Source: Basidiobolus meristosporus CBS 931.73
Taxonomy: Eukaryota; Fungi; Basidiobolomycota
Direction: 5' to 3'
Length of the DNA: 64,000 bases
Assembly (NCBI GenBank): GCA_002104905.1
Contig: MCFE01000472.1
Coordinates: 1 to 64,000, forward strand
Made by a program: the position numbers and the translations under genes. This document shows, one piece after another, positions 1-14,339 of this stretch; position 1 is the stretch's first letter; each line of letters opens with the position of its first letter. The notes beneath the pieces were generated by a model. It was given only the letters and a program-made list of their open reading frames with translations, searched no databases and was not told the DNA's origin.

Positions 1-941
1 AGTTCTGAGTCTTCTTCAAGTTCATTCTCCATGTTACTCTGCTCCAGGGCTTCAATATGGTTAAACACTCTTGATGGATGGTGTCTGTTTCTTCTCTAAG
101 GGCAGTACTATGCAATATGTCCCTGCTGGTGGCAATTAAAGCAAAGTCCTTGCTTCTTATATTCTTCTGAGGTAGGATTCTTCTGCATAGCATCTATTTC
201 CATTGGCACTGCTTCTGATTGTCTTCTTTTGTAGTGATTGTAGCCTCTCTGATTAGTCATTGTGGGCTTCCCAACTCCAAACATAGCTAAATCATAGTCA
301 ATGGCAATCTTGTTGGCTTCTTCAATAGTCTGAGGTCTTCAATAATTCACTTCCTTACAAGTTCTTGCTTTCAACCTATGAATAAAGTATTCAACTTGAT
401 CCAGAGGGTGCATTCTTTCAATTTGTCCCAGCAGACATCTATGTTCATACATGTACCCTTGTACCATTCCTTTCTGTCTGAGTGTTGTCAACTTTCTTCT
501 TAGTAGTGTCTGTTGGTGTGGGGGTTCAAAGGCATCCTGTATTTCCAACACAAACTCATCCCAGGTAGAGATTGTGGAGCATCCCATCATGGTGGCTGAC
601 CTGATCTTGTTGTGGTGCCACTGTAAAGCTGCATCTGCCAGGTAAGAGGCTGCATAACGTAACTTGCTTTCTGGAGCAATTCCCTTAGCCTTGATAGCTT
701 CATCAATCTGGAAGAGCCAAGTTACCAGGTTTTCATTGACTCTACCATGGTACCAGTTGACCTTCACACTAAAGTTGCTCTTGACAGGGTTTTGCTGGCT
801 TTGGGCCATTGTAGTCATTCCTTGTTGCTGCTGGCTAAGGATCTGGTGTAACTGTTGCCAAGCCAGGTTTGCTGCATAGCATTCTTCCATTCTTGATTTT
901 TGGATGTTTTGAGGGAGGTTTCTGTTTATTGCCACTACCAA
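1..941 (-). mobile_element. Ty3/Gypsy retrotransposon 5' internal region: gag remnant, running off the window start
   Basis: ORF 339..941 has retrotransposon-gag motifs (WLFQIDEA, YAASYLADAALQW, TWDEFVLEIQDAFEP). After one stop the frame continues RPQTIEEANKIAIDYD...PMEIDAM. It is directly preceded by a PBS and an LTR. Confidence 0.9.
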
Positions 942-1310
942 TGTTACAAGTCTTGGTATAAGAATTGTAGAGGAATAGGGAGTTTGGTTAATATTGTATT
1001 CACTAAAACTTGAACTGATCTTTATTGAGATCCCAGCAGCTCCTTATATACATTTTGCCAGATAAATTGCTGACTAATTGTGTTTCCTAGTGTAGGCTGT
1101 TGCTGATGACTCATTTGATTGCAACATCATCACCCAAAAAGATCCTACTTAATATATCTACTTCTGTCTGATAAAGATTTGCTGATTCATTTGCTGACTA
1201 ATGCCACTGATTTGATAGATAATACTGATATACTGATAAGCTAAACATTTAACTAATTGATGTGACTAAAAGCTGCTCTAACTTAAACATTCAAGCAGTA
1301 GATTATAACA
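942..1310 (-). repeat. Gypsy 5' LTR (369 bp, TG...CA) with adjacent primer-binding site at 931-940
   Basis: Starts tgttacaag and ends ttataaca. Homologous to 13758-14126 (same orientation) and to 2868-3233 and 7253-7599 (opposite orientation). The PBS reads TGGTAGTGGC on the minus strand. Confidence 0.85.
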
Positions 1311-2094
1311 ATGATATATACCTGCTATTTTCTTATATTGCAACTCAGCATCATCCATATTGCAGAGCTATGAAAGTATAACTATCTGGTAACTAATAGG
1401 GGAGTCTGAGGAGCATATGTGCTAGGTTTTAGCATACTTGGACAAGTTTCATATTGCCCTAATATTCTTTACTTCACTAATTCCTAATAATCAGAAAATA
1501 TCTTACAAACTAATTTCCAGGTCAATAATCTGTGCTATAGCATTTAACTAAGTGCTCCTTCTATATGTGCTGATAATTAGATGGACTTGTAGTTATATTG
1601 TCAATCCAGGTGTATATGTGAGTCAAATATTGAAGGCTGGTGCCTTTATACGTGCCCAGCTTACTGTGTCATATTTTGTCATATTATGCCAGTGTAGTGG
1701 GGTGATGGTGGCACCCACTGACAGATGTGCTCATTCCCTTATTTTCTACTTCCCTATATCTCTACTACACTTATTTTAGTTTTATCCCATTTGTCTTACC
1801 CAATCAGTGCTATCCCATAAGCTGGTTGACTATCACACCTGCTAACCTTATTGCATAAGTTACCCCTCACTTTATGTAAGACTACTAGCTATAAGTGCTT
1901 CTATATTAGGCAAGTACCAGCACCAGTACCCATAACACATGATCAACCCATGTCACCATCCTTACCATTTCCATACCATATATGGTATCCCAATGTTACG
2001 CAGGTTTCAGAATACCGATTCCTGATTGGTTGGTTGTGCTGTGCCTCTTAGAACCTTCCAGCACCTACTTAGAACATTCTGATGTCATTAAGAT

Positions 2095-2800
2095 TTCTAT
2101 TGATATGCAGAACCTTCTGGAATGCAATGATTAGTAATCACTTAGCCAGTGAGAAAAGTATATAAGGGAGGCAATCTCTCAACAGTAAATCATCATCCCT
2201 TTTATCAATATACGAACTTGTTGAATAGTGTGATCACTGCTACCTGCTGCTACCTGAACCTCCAACCCTAGACCACAGGACACTCCCAGGAAACTGTGCT
2301 GACAGCCAACTGACCTTGGAGGCACTACTTGTGAGGAATACTCAGAGTAGGTATCTTTATTATATTTAATTCTTTCCCAAGTTTGTTCTTTTACAGGCAA
2401 AGATACTTCTCTGTCTTTGTAACTATTGACCACAGCTGCATTCTTATCAAGTCCCTGCTGGTGGAGTTTACAGTTGTTTTGACTTTGGAAGCTTTAGCAC
2501 ATTGTCATCTCAAAGGATGCTGAACCCAGCACATACTTTTGTTAAGATGCCAACTAAGTTGGGGATTGTAGCTCAATAGTTTTCCCTTGACAAGCTTGTG
2601 GCTTTATTCCCCTTCACATTAGATTAGAGACAGATCCCAAGTATTCCTAGCAAACTTTTACCTGAGGTTATTGCACCCAGTGAGCACCCCACACAAAAAA
2701 CACTTGAGAAGTGTTGGAGGTATCTCTCCCTTGGACCTATACACCACCACACTGGATTATTCAAATAGTGTGATTGTACAAGAGCAACTATACCTGCAGG
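2095..2800. repeat. Unclassified dispersed repeat (possible long LTR of a third family); inverted copy at about 17100-17801
   Basis: Reverse complement aligns closely by eye with 17100-17801 (e.g. cttagccagtgagaaaagtatataagggaggcaatc; tttcccttgacaagcttgtggctttattcccctt). No recognisable coding potential. Confidence 0.8.
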
Positions 2801-2867
2801 TAGATTAAATACTCTGCCAGATTATTCTTTGAAACCACAAGCTATGCCACATGCTTAGGCACCACAC

Positions 2868-5800
2868 TGTTATGATCTACACTTTATTGTTTCCAATTAG
2901 ATTAGTTCTTAGTCTGATCCATTAGTTTGATGGTTAGTATTCTGATATATCAGCATCATCTTTCAAATAAGCTATATCAGTCTGTATGTGAATTGGCTAA
3001 TCCTTATTAGACAGAAATGAGTGCATCAATTATGAACTAATTGGGGAATGATAAAATTAAATGAGTTATCAGCTACAACCTACATTTAGAAGTACAATTA
3101 GTCAGCAAGTGATCTTGCAACACATATACAAGGAGCTGCTGATGCCTCAATAAATGCTAGTTCATGTCTTAGTGAATTCAATTACTGCTAAACTCCCTAC
3201 TCCTCTACAATTCTTATATAAAAGCTTGTATTATTGACAGCAGCAACAGTTAAAATCCTCCCCAAGATGTTGAAAATGAGAATGGGAGAATACCATACAG
3301 CAAATCCCGGCCCTTCCGCAACAGTAATCCCAGAACCTTAGCCAGCAGCAAAAAGTAAAGACTTCCATGGCTCAGAGCCACCAAGGCCTTGTCAGGAGCA
3401 ACTATTGTGTTAAGGTCAGCTGGAAGCATGACTGAGTCAATACAAACCTGAGAACTTGGCACTTTCAGGTTAAGGAAGCCTTCAGGGCTAAAGGAATTGC
3501 CCTAGAAAACAAGTTGCATAGTGTAGCTTCTTATTGGTATATGCAGATTTGCAGTGGCCCCACAACAAAGTTAGGTTGGACACTATGATGTGATACTTGA
3601 CTACCTCTATCTGGGATGCAGTTATGCCAGAAATTAAGGATGCCTTTGAGCCTCCACAATAGCAGTCACTAATAAGGTGGAAGCTGAAGAAGTGCAAATA
3701 CAAAGGATTGGCTCAAAATTATAATCATGAGTATAGATGCCTACTTGGACAGATTGATTGAATGGACCCCCTGGATCAAGTGGAATACTTTATTGATGGC
3801 TTGAAGGAAAGAACCTGCAAGGGAGTGAATTATCAAAGACCTCAGACTATTGAAGAAGCCATCAAGATTGCCATTGAATATGACTCAGCTATGCTTAGCA
3901 TTGGAAAGCCTACAGTGACTAATCAGAAAAGCTACAATCACCATGAAGAAGACAATCACAAGCAAAGCCTATGCAAATAGATGCTATGCCAAGAAATCTA
4001 AGCTCAGAAGAATGTAGGAAGAATGGACTTTGCTGTATTGTTACCAGCATGGGCACATGTCAAGGTGCTGCTCTGACAGAAGAAATGGGCACCAGTCCAC
4101 AAGAACCTTTATCCATAGTGAGGCACAAGAACATTGTGATGCAGACCATGAGCTTGAAGAAAGCTTAGAATTCACCTTTCATGTAACAGAAGAATAATTA
4201 TCTCACAAGACCTCAAACTCAGGAAAACTATTATATTTAAATGGGGTCATGAATGAAATCCCTACCAAGATTGTAATTGACATGTCAGAGCAATATTTCT
4301 TGAAAGCTGGAACCCACTTGCAACATACCAAATCAACTTCAGTTTCAACAGCTGATGGAGGCTCTCATATAATCTGCTGTAGTACTCAGCCAGTAAGAAT
4401 GAAGATCAATTACTTCAAAGAGTACCTAAAGGCCTGTATATATAGGGACTGCAATAAGACCTGATACTTGAAAAAACATGGTTATTCCACTATATCCATT
4501 AATCAATTGGAGAACCCATGCCACTCAAATCTGGACAGGCAACCAGATCTCTAAGCTATTACCTGCCAGACTGGGCTTCAACTTGGTCAATCTTAGTGTG
4601 TAGCTTGCTAAGTTCACTTGTGTCAAACACACTGTAATTGACCTAGACATAATTCAGTAGGGCACATAGAAATGGTACCCAGATGTTTCCTATGGCAGTA
4701 TTTCAGGATAATTCCTCTACTCCATCCCCCCCACAAAGTCCTAGCTCTTCTGAAGGAATATGCTGATGTGTTTTGAGATTAGCTTGTAAGCATACCACCA
4801 GTTGGAGATATGCTCATGCCATTGACACAGAAGATAGCCCGCCAGTGGGCAAGACACCTTACAGGATGAGTCTTTGGAATTGGAAGAGATGAAGAGCCAA
4901 ATTGTTCACCTATTAGAGCAAAGATACATCAGATCCAGTAAGTCACCTTGGGGAGCACCAGTGCTTTTTGTGGAGAGGAGTAATGGATCACCATGAACAC
5001 ACATTGACTATAGAGCCCTGAACTCAGTTACTATAAGGACTAAGTACTCTGTACAATGGATTGATGAGCCTTTGGACCAACTAAATCAAGCCATTGTATT
5101 CAACAAAATTGACCTCATGTCAGGATTCAGCCAGATTAGGGTGAAACCAGAAGTTATTTCTATGACAGCATTCAAGGCCAGATATGGACATTACAGATAT
5201 TTTGTCATTAGTTTTGGCCTCACAAATTTCCCTATATCACTCATGACTTTGATGCAAGCCATCTTCCAAGAGTCTTAGACAGGTTTGTGTTAATCTACCT
5301 AGATGGCATAGAGATATACAGAAGGTGAGAAGAGGATCACTTGGTACACATTGAAAGGATCTTGAAAGAGCCAAGAGAGAACAAGCTATATGGCAAGCTA
5401 GCAGAGTGTGAGTTCTTCCAGGAGCGCATTGAATATCAGGGAGATGTGGTGACTTGCATAGGAGTGACCTTGACCCCAAGAGAGTAAATATTATTAAGAA
5501 TCCAAAATAACCCCATAGCATTTCAGAGCACATTTCATATCTTGGACTAGTTTCCTACTATAAAAGAGTTGTCAAGTCCTTTGCAAGTATTGGAGCCTTA
5601 ATGACTAATATCCATAAGAAGGACAACATCTTGGAATAGGACATAGTCTGTGATACTGCCTCTCAGAAGCTCAGGAATGATCTTGCTAAGATGCTATGCT
5701 TAATACCTGACTTCTAAAATAGTTACTCTCTGCACAGAGGCTTCAGCTTATGCAATTGGTGCAGTATTCAGCCAAAAACATGAGGGAAGGGAATACCTGG

Positions 5801-7599
5801 TTGCTTTTGAATCTATAAAACAGAACTTTGCAGAACAAAGCAATCCAGTGCAAGAGAGGAGATGCTTGCCATAATTCACTACTTAAAGACATGGAAATAC
5901 TACATTTTAGGAGCCAAGTACACTATGAGGACTGATCATGCCTCACTCAAGGATATATTTACTCAGAGTGTATTGTCTGGAAGAATGACTAGATGGAGTG
6001 AACACATTCAGCAACTGACTGGGATATTGTCTACTGCCCTGGGAAAATTAAATTGATTGCTGACACCTAACCAAGACTAGAACAAGATGCACAACTCAAC
6101 CTGGTGCATCCATCAGACTGGCCCAGCCTGTTACTAAAGTACTGGGAGGATCAAGCCATTCCTAGCAAGGTGGATGAAGATCTCAAGATTATCTGAGATG
6201 ACACCAGCAAATCTGTAATACAGAATATGACACTATTCCATATTGCTGATGGAAGCCTGTTACCTGTTGTGCCAATATTAATTGCTTGGATTTACTACAC
6301 AAGCTGCAAAATGGATATGGGCATCTTTAAAATGAAGAAACCTATAGCCTTGTAAAATTTGGAGCATAATGGCCTAGAATGAGAAATGTTTTTGAGGAGC
6401 CATTATAAGCACCCCTAAGTTGCTATATCTACCAAAATAGACCACAGAGAATTGCCAAACTCCTTCCCTTGGATCCTGTAAGACCATTTGCAAGATAAGT
6501 AATTGACTTCATTGGAAGACCGCCTACTACTAGGAAATGTTATTGGTGGATCCTAGTAGCAATTGACCATAACACCAAATGGCCAGTAGCTAGAACTGTA
6601 CCAGTAGCTGGTAAACTGGTAGTTGCAGGATTCATCTACCATGAGATGCTGATGAGTCTGAGTGCCCTAATAAGCTCTTACCTGAGAGTGGAGCAAGCTT
6701 TTTGGAAAAAAAATTTGAACTCAACCTGTAAATGTAACAGATCTAACTGCTGAAAGCTCTGGCATACTATGCCAGTACTAATGGAGTCACTAAGCAGCTT
6801 GATGAATTATTTAGAATCAAGGATTCCAGGAAATTTCACACAGCCATAACTTCCTGAAAGCTTGAAGGATGAACTTGGTCAGCCTAGTAAGCACCAACAA
6901 TTCAATCAAAAACATTAGGAGGCACAGGCCAAAATATCCAAAGTGCACAAAAGATGAAGCAGGGATTTGATAAGAGTATATTGCAGAGGCTTTGGCAGCT
7001 GGGAACTTTTCATTGCTACTAAAGAACACTCAGAAGTTTGAGCCACAATTGACAGGAGCATACAAGAACATGAAATAGTGTCCATTTGCAACTTAATAAC
7101 TAGTAAACAAACAAGGAAATATCCAAGAAGACTTTGCTCATCAAGACAGACTTGAGACTGCAAGACTTATTGACAATGCTATACCTCCAAGATATTAGTA
7201 CCATAGGAAAAGAGATTCAGGAGCCCCCCCCCCTAGCTTAAGTAGGGCAGAATGTTATAATCAGCTGTTTGAATTTTGAAGTTAGATCAGCTTCTAGTTA
7301 AATCTATTACTTTCATATTTAGCCTATCACTGTATCAGTATTATCTATCAAATCAGTAGTAGTAGTCAGGGGATGAATCAGCAAATCCTTTACATATATG
7401 AATAGAAATATCAAGCGTTATCTGATTAGCAAAGGTTGATATAAGTAAATGAGCCATTAGCCACAACTTACATTAGGAAATACAAGTAGTCAGCAATTGA
7501 TCTGACCAAGTTCTTTTAACAACTGCTGGAGCCTCAATAAAAATCAGTTCATGCTTCAGTGAACACAATAGTAGCTAAACTCTGTACTCCTCTACAACT
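2868..7599 (+). mobile_element. Degenerate near-full-length Ty3/Gypsy element: LTR-gag-protease-RT-RNaseH-integrase-LTR (3' LTR truncated)
   Basis: 5' LTR 2868-3233. gag (PQTIEEAIKIAIEYD, PMQIDAM) about 3260-4050. RT (PWGAPVLFV, IDYRALNS, KIDLMSGFSQIRV, FGLTN, IYLDG) about 4850-5500. RNaseH (AIGAVFSQ, EMLAIIHYLKTWKYYILG, TDHASL) about 5700-6050. Integrase (IDFIG, LVAIDH, KWPVA) about 6450-6900. Purine tract then 3' LTR from 7253. Many stops and frameshifts. Confidence 0.9.
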
Positions 7600-10484
7600 G
7601 TGCTTCATGGCTAGTAAACTACAATGAAGCAAGTTATTGCAGTTACCTGCCAACATGATGAATCCATTCAGATATCCAAACATATGCTCTATTCTCACTC
7701 TGAGATGATTAAATATCACTTTGTAGAGCTTTTACTTCTTGCAAAGTACATTGTACTTTGATCTCCTTTAAGCTGTGATACATCTGAATTTCTGACAATC
7801 CTCTCCTTCATGAGTGAAATCTGCTATACATTATCCCTCTACCAAATTATCAATATTTCTCTACCTAGTGAATCTTATCATACCTACTAAAGAAATGGTC
7901 CTCAAAACCAGATATTATTACCCTCAATGTCAGAAAGTGCTTGAACCGTTAAAATACTGAGCTATTGTGTATCATTCAGAAGCTAAAAATTTACTTGACA
8001 ATTCTAAACTAGTCTTGGTCACTGTAGGACTAATATGCAGCCCCAACTCTGCCAGTCTTTTCAGATATATGATCCTAGGAGTATTCCACCATAGTCAACA
8101 TCAAACTAATACTTTTCACCAAACTTTATGTACCAACCCTGAAAATGTTGCACAATGCTCCTAAATGTTGAGAAACCCTCCTTACTTGGTGTTACAACTT
8201 TATTACTTCTATAAAGGTACAAATACTGGTTCTCTTTATGAACAAACATTAGTTCAGCTACTAATACTATTTCTTGATAAGTTCCTTATATATAAAGCAC
8301 TTCTTAAATTGGAACTCAGATCAGAAAGCCACTGAAATCATTAGCCTGCTGCCTGATGATGCATTCAACACTTATGAGGATGATACTTACCTAATTTAGC
8401 CAGATACAGAAGATAACTCTACCAGTTCCGGATCAGAGCAGATTATCCCCGTTAGGAGATCTATCAGAATAAGGAATACCCCTGGATCCTGGTGGCAGAC
8501 TTCCAATGATCATGAAGAAGCTTATCTTGCCTTATGTGCAATACCTCAGAATCTGGGACAGGCAATGCAAAGTCCAGATGCTACTTTATGGCAACAAGCT
8601 ATGCAGGAGGAGTACTAGTCATCAATCAAGGCAAAAACATGGGAACTGGTAGATTTACTGAATGGGAGATAGCCAATAGGATGTAGTTGGGTCTACAAGA
8701 TTAAGATGACCTTAGATGGCATTGTTGATAAGTACATGGCTAGATTGGTGGCTCAAGGCTATTCCCAGATCCAAGGAATAGACTTTATGGAAACATTTGT
8801 TCCATTTGCAAAGTTTAACTCCTTTAGGACAGCTCTAGCCCTGGCAGCTGAACACAGTCTAGATCTACATCAAATAGACATCAAGACACCCTTTCTAAAT
8901 GAGGATTTGCTAGAAATTCTATATATGGAGCAGCCAGAAGGTTCTATTGATCCAAAAGACCTCCAGAAGGTGTGCAGACTCAGGAATTTATTGTAGGGGC
9001 TTAAGCAGGCACCTAGAGCATGTATAACAAGAATGACACACATCTTGAGGAGATGAGGTCCATTTATAGCACTGCAGATCACAGTATATATGTGAAACAG
9101 CTCAAAAAGAGTGTGATCATCCTAGTCCTGTATGTGGATGACCTAATAATAGCTACAAGTAACCAGGAGGCACTTAAACAGACAATATCAGATCTCTTCA
9201 TCAAGCTTTAGATGAAAGATCATGGAGAATTGAGCTATTTTCCTGGAATTGAAGTGAAATTTGCCAAACCTACACAGAAAATTGTGCTGAGTCAGTCTTA
9301 GTACTTCAGGGACATTCTTAGATGCTTCAAAGTGGAAAATTGCAAACCTGCAGCTACCCCTATGAACAATAATCTAAAATTGAGCAAATTCCAGCCAGTT
9401 TTTGGTGAAGATGGCTCAAATATGGACCAAGCTTTCCCTATCAGTCAATGGTTGGTAGCCTGATGTACTTGACGGTGTATACATGTCCAGATATTGCAGT
9501 GGTAGTTGGAATAATCAGTCAATTCATACAGAATTATGGTTCAGATCAATTCACAGCAGTTAAGTGAATTTTTGGATATCTACAAGGTACCAAAACTATA
9601 GTACTGGAGTACTCTGGAGCAGCTAATTGGCAATTATTTGATGGTTATACTGATTCAGATTGGGGTAGGGATCTGATTGACAGACACTCTACCACTGGGT
9701 ATGTATTTCTTTATGCTGGTGCAGCTATTAATTGGAATTGCAAGAAACAACCAACTGTGGCCCTATCAACAGCTGGAGCTGAATGTATGGCAGCCTGCCA
9801 AGCAACTAAGGAGGCTATATGGCTACAGAAATTTCTCAAAGACTTAAGGTTTAATTCAGATGAACCAATATGTATTTACAAAGATAATCAAAGTTGTATT
9901 TCATTAGCTACAAATCATGCTTATCATGCCAGAACTAAGCACATAGATTTACAACACAACTTTGTGAGGGAAGCTGTAGACAATAACTATATAGAGCTAG
10001 TTTACTGTTCAACTGACAAAATGGTAGCAGATATATTGACAAAACCAATAGCTAGACCACAATTGAAGAATCTCAGAGAGGAATTAGGATTAAGAAATTA
10101 TTTAGTTGGGGGGAGTGTTGAAATATTGGACTGTTTCATATCATTCAGCAGCTGGAAATTTACTCTACAATTCTAGACTAGTCTTGGTTACTGTCAGACT
10201 AATATGCAGCGTCAACTTTGCCAGTTTCTTCAGATCTATGAGCCTATGATTATTCCCCATAGTCAAGACCAAATTAGCACTTTTTACCAAACTTTATGTA
10301 CCAACCCTGACACTGTCACAGAATGCTCCTGATTGTTAAGAAAACCTCCTTACTTAGTGTTACAGCTGTATTGCTTCTACAAAGGTGTCAATACTCTTCC
10401 TCTCTATGAATAAACAACAGTTTAGCTATTATCACTATTTCTTGATTAGCTCCTTGTATTCAAATCACTTCTTAGATTGCAACA
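7600..10484 (+). mobile_element. Degenerate 5'-truncated Ty1/Copia element (integrase tail, RT, RNaseH, PPT, 3' LTR 10116-10484)
   Basis: RT motifs ARLVAQGYSQIQGIDFMETF, LHQIDIKTPFLN, LYVDDLII (about 9130). RNaseH GYTDSDWG, KQPTVALST, RTKHIDLQHNFVRE. PPT ggggggag at 10108-10115 followed by a tgttgaaata...gcaaca LTR of 369 bp. Confidence 0.92.
7947..8316 (+). repeat. Solo Copia-family LTR nested inside the Copia pol region
   Basis: Collinear with LTR 10116-10484 over about 370 bp (e.g. accaaactttatgtaccaaccctga, aatgctcct, cctccttactt). It sits between integrase-tail and RT remnants. Confidence 0.8.
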
Positions 10485-10489
10485 CAAGC

Positions 10490-11270
10490 TTAATACACGG
10501 TGCCTTGTGCTTGGCAGAGTTAAATTCCTCTGCCCTTTGGCAGGTCTGTGAGTCCCCACTAGTAAGATATCCACATACACCTGATTTGGAACCTGCTACT
10601 GAGTGCTTTTATGTACAGAGCTCTATTGGAACTACTGAAATTAGTATTCCAAGCATGCTTGGCATTATTCATACCCTGTTCAAGGTGGTTTTCCTTTCCA
10701 CTCAGCTAGGAATGAAAGCATCAAGGATGTTAGATGCAAATGATGGTGAGATGGAACGTTTTAGGCCAATAGTACATGTAATAGCAAAGAAGTATAATAA
10801 GGGGTCTCCTTGAGTGGATTGGGGTAGATAGTCTTCAGTTTTGGTGCAGATTTCTTGCAAAGTATCAACATATTTTGCAGTATTGGTAATTGTATTAACA
10901 ATTAAAGGCTATTCAGATGAGTAAGTCATTTTCAACAGTAGTATGTGAGTGGAAGGGGTAAGTTTCATCAATTTGGCACTCTCAGGCTGGATGATCTGAT
11001 TTTACATGTATTGTATTTAGATTTCCAACAATTATAATGCATTCCATCTCTTTGTCACAAAATCATCCTCAAACAACAACTTGGTGTATTTGATAATAAA
11101 TTACTCACTGGTCTTTGATTAAACAAAATATCTGCAACTGATATGATCTGATCCATGTAAAAGCAATCCATAATGCATCAGGCATGATAAATGGAGATTT
11201 CAATTACCAAATAAGTTTGGATCTATTTCACAAATCGCTAGGTTGATGCTGATACACTACTGCATAAGTA
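10490..11270 (-). mobile_element. Heavily decayed coding remnant, possibly CACTA/EnSpm-type transposase
   Basis: Minus-strand translation gives CGYLTSGDSQTCQRAEEFNSAKHKAPC, loosely like the CACTA GD-P-A...F..H.A..PC motif. CpG-depleted like the neighbouring TEs. Weak. Confidence 0.3.
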
Positions 11271-11287
11271 CTCATATACATTACCAG

Positions 11288-13757
11288 TATCAGTTCAAGA
11301 AGTGTTAAGATATATGGGACCTACCCAGATATGGTGATAATATTTGAGCTATTCCTTATTGGTTGGAATGTTAAGTAAATACACATTTATGGAAGTAATG
11401 CAATGGTAACTCCAAGTTAGGAGGGTTTCTCAATACACAGGAGCATTCAGTAGCAGTGCAAGGGCTAATACTTAATGTTTGGTAAAGGTGCTAATTAGTT
11501 CTAGACTATATAAGGATCACCATGGGATCATAAATCTTGAAGGCAGTGGCAAAGTTAGGGCTGTAATTGGCCATAGGGTACCTAAAACTAGTCCAGGGTT
11601 GTTAAGTAAATTTCTAGTTGCAGAATGATATCAGATGGTCCAGTGTAGTTTCAGCTCCAGAATGATGCCAGATAATCATATATTTCAACACTCACCTCAA
11701 CCAAATGAATTCTTGGCCTCAATCTCTCTTTGAGCTCCTCAAGCTATGGCCTAGTAAATGCTTTTGTCTATATATCTGCAACCTGAGCAGCAGACTATGC
11801 TGACTAAGTACTTTTCTTAAATTTCCCTCCTGTGGTGATGTTGTAAATATGTGTGCTTAGCTTTGGCATCATCAGTAGGGCTCTAGGCTATAAAATGCAA
11901 TGTAGAATAACAAGGTAAACACAAGTTGGTTAATCTAAATGAATACCTTAGACTCTGAGTAAATTTTGTAACTTTATAGCCCCCTTAGTTACTTGACAAG
12001 CAGCAACACACTCTCCCTTAGTTATAGAGAGTGTCACAGTTTTTATTTTTTGCAATTCCAAGTGATAGCTGCACCAGTATGTAGGGATTCATACCCACTA
12101 GTGGAGTATAGGTCAAACAAAATCCTACCTTAACTTTAGTTGCTTTAACCATTAAATTTCTATTTACTAGTTGCACCAGTGTATCCCAATACCATATTTA
12201 TGCTATACTGTAAATATTTGACTTGTACTTGGACTGACTCTGTGCAATTACTACATAAAAATTTCAAATTAGACCTCAATCTGAAAAATAAAGCTCAATT
12301 TTCCATGATATAGCATCTAAACCTGCTGAAAAGGGCTAAATTTACCTGATCAAAGGTCTCCTAGTCCCTTATAGCCACTATTAAGTTGCTCATACAAAGA
12401 ACCAGTATATTCACTTCTCCCTTAAGCTATTTCACATATATATTGTGAACTGCAGAGCTTCATATCAACCCATTTTCATCCTGATGTGAGTCAATCTATA
12501 TATACCATGCTTTAGGTGCCTGCTTTGGCCAATATAACAATCTCCTGAGTCTGGACACCTTTTGTATCACTTCCACCTTGTAGAGCTCCATTTACTTAGT
12601 TTCCTTCAAATCCTTGCTTGAAAGGCCATTCTGATGTTCATTTTGGGTAGATTTTGACTCTGTACAGCTGCCAGGGCTGGAGCTGTCCCACTGGCACTAA
12701 TGTTGGCTACTGAGGCAATTATTTCTTCAAGATCTAGTCCCTATTCTGGGAATTACCTTTAGCCACCAATCCTGCCTTGTACTTATGAATGTGACCATTT
12801 GGGATTATCTTGTTTATGTAAGCCATCTTCATCATATTGACTTCCTCACACTTGTTGTATCTTACAGCTCCCACATTTTTGCCTTTATCAGTGATTGGTA
12901 ATGCTCCTGCATAGCTGGTTGCAACATAATAGCATCTGGACTTTGCATGCCTGTTACAGATTTTGAGGTTTAGCACATAAGAAAATATAAGCTTCTTCAT
13001 GCTCATTGGAAGTCAGCCATAAGGATCTAGGGGTTTTTTTTATCCTGGCAGATCTCCTGACTGGGTTAATCTACTCTGCTCTGGATTTGGGGGAATCTTC
13101 TCTGATAGCTGGCTGTACTGGGTACATGTCTTCTTCATTAGTGGTGATTGCATTGTCAAGTAGCTGGCCAGTATACTCAATGGCTTTCTAATTGGAATTC
13201 TTGTCAAATACAGGGTCTGTGTTCTTGATCAGAGTCTGGGTATTGCCACTATACATTAGACTTGTTCCATTGCATAGTGGCACATTGAGCCATGAATACC
13301 TAATAAGGACATTGTGTGCCAGAGAGGCAAAGTTACCTATACAGATTATGAAAAATAATGCTACATGTTTGTGCAAATGCAGCCCTTATGTCTGACTGAC
13401 TGCCCTGGAGATAACTGATTTTTTAACCTTTTGAGTGGGATCAGTATTGTGCATGGTGTCTACAAGTACAGAAGGGCTGAAGACATGCATTTGGTGCTCA
13501 AAACCAGTAGCATTCTGATTTTAGCTGCCCAAGTTTCTAAAATATCACAAAATGCATGATACTATCTAGCTCATTGGTACAATCTAGCTCCAAAATGCCT
13601 TCAGTTCACACTTGGTTTGTGCAACTGCCATGTTCTTGAAGTGCCTGAATGTCTGTAGAGCCTTACCTTTGGTCTTCAGAATTTACACCAATATATAGCT
13701 TGTATTGTCATCAGTAATTATCATGAATTATCTCTATGCTCTGAAGGACAATGCACT
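11288..13757 (-). mobile_element. Second degenerate Ty1/Copia element (integrase-RT-RNaseH remnants, 3' LTR about 11288-11690)
   Basis: Integrase remnant (MIITDDNTSYILV.ILKTKG) at about 13650-13750. HKYKAGLVAKGNSQ (Copia RT start) at about 12740-12800. RNaseH tail FTRP.LEELKERL precedes the LTR start tgttgaaata at 11690, a diverged copy of LTR 10116-10484. Confidence 0.85.
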
Positions 13758-14126
13758 TGCTACAAGTCTTGATATAAGAGTTGTAGAGGAATAGGGGGTT
13801 TAGCTAGTCTTGTATTCACCAAAGCTTGAACTGATTATTATTGAGGTTCCAGCATCTTCTTATATACATCTTGCCAGATCAATTACTGACTAACTGTATT
13901 TCCTAATGTAGGTTGTGGCTGATGACTTACTTGATTGCGTTGTCATCACCCAATTAGACCCTACTTAATATATCTTTATCTGTATGATAAGGATCTGCTG
14001 ATTTATGTGCTGATTAATACTACTAATTTGATAGATAACACTTACATATTGATAGAACAAGCATAACACCAATTGATTTGACTAAACACTCAACTAACTT
14101 AAACATTTGGGCAGTAGATTATAACA
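13758..14126 (-). repeat. Solo Gypsy-family LTR (369 bp) truncating the Copia integrase
   Basis: Collinear with 942-1310 end to end (tgctacaagtcttgatataagagttgtagaggaatagg...gcagtagattataaca). No clear TSD seen. Confidence 0.85.
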
Positions 14127-14339
14127 TCTCACAGGCTCACATATGTCCAAGTTCCTATGGGCCAGCTTAATCATGGGCTTAATGCCTCATGGGCTTCTGA
14201 AATGCACATCAACTCATCAACACCCCTCAAAGTCAGATGGCTTTGCTGGAACTGGGATGATTTGGGCCAAAAACAAGTTGATTTTTCACTAATTGGCTGA
14301 TTTTCTGTTCATCAATTTGTGCTGACCCCCTTTGCCATA

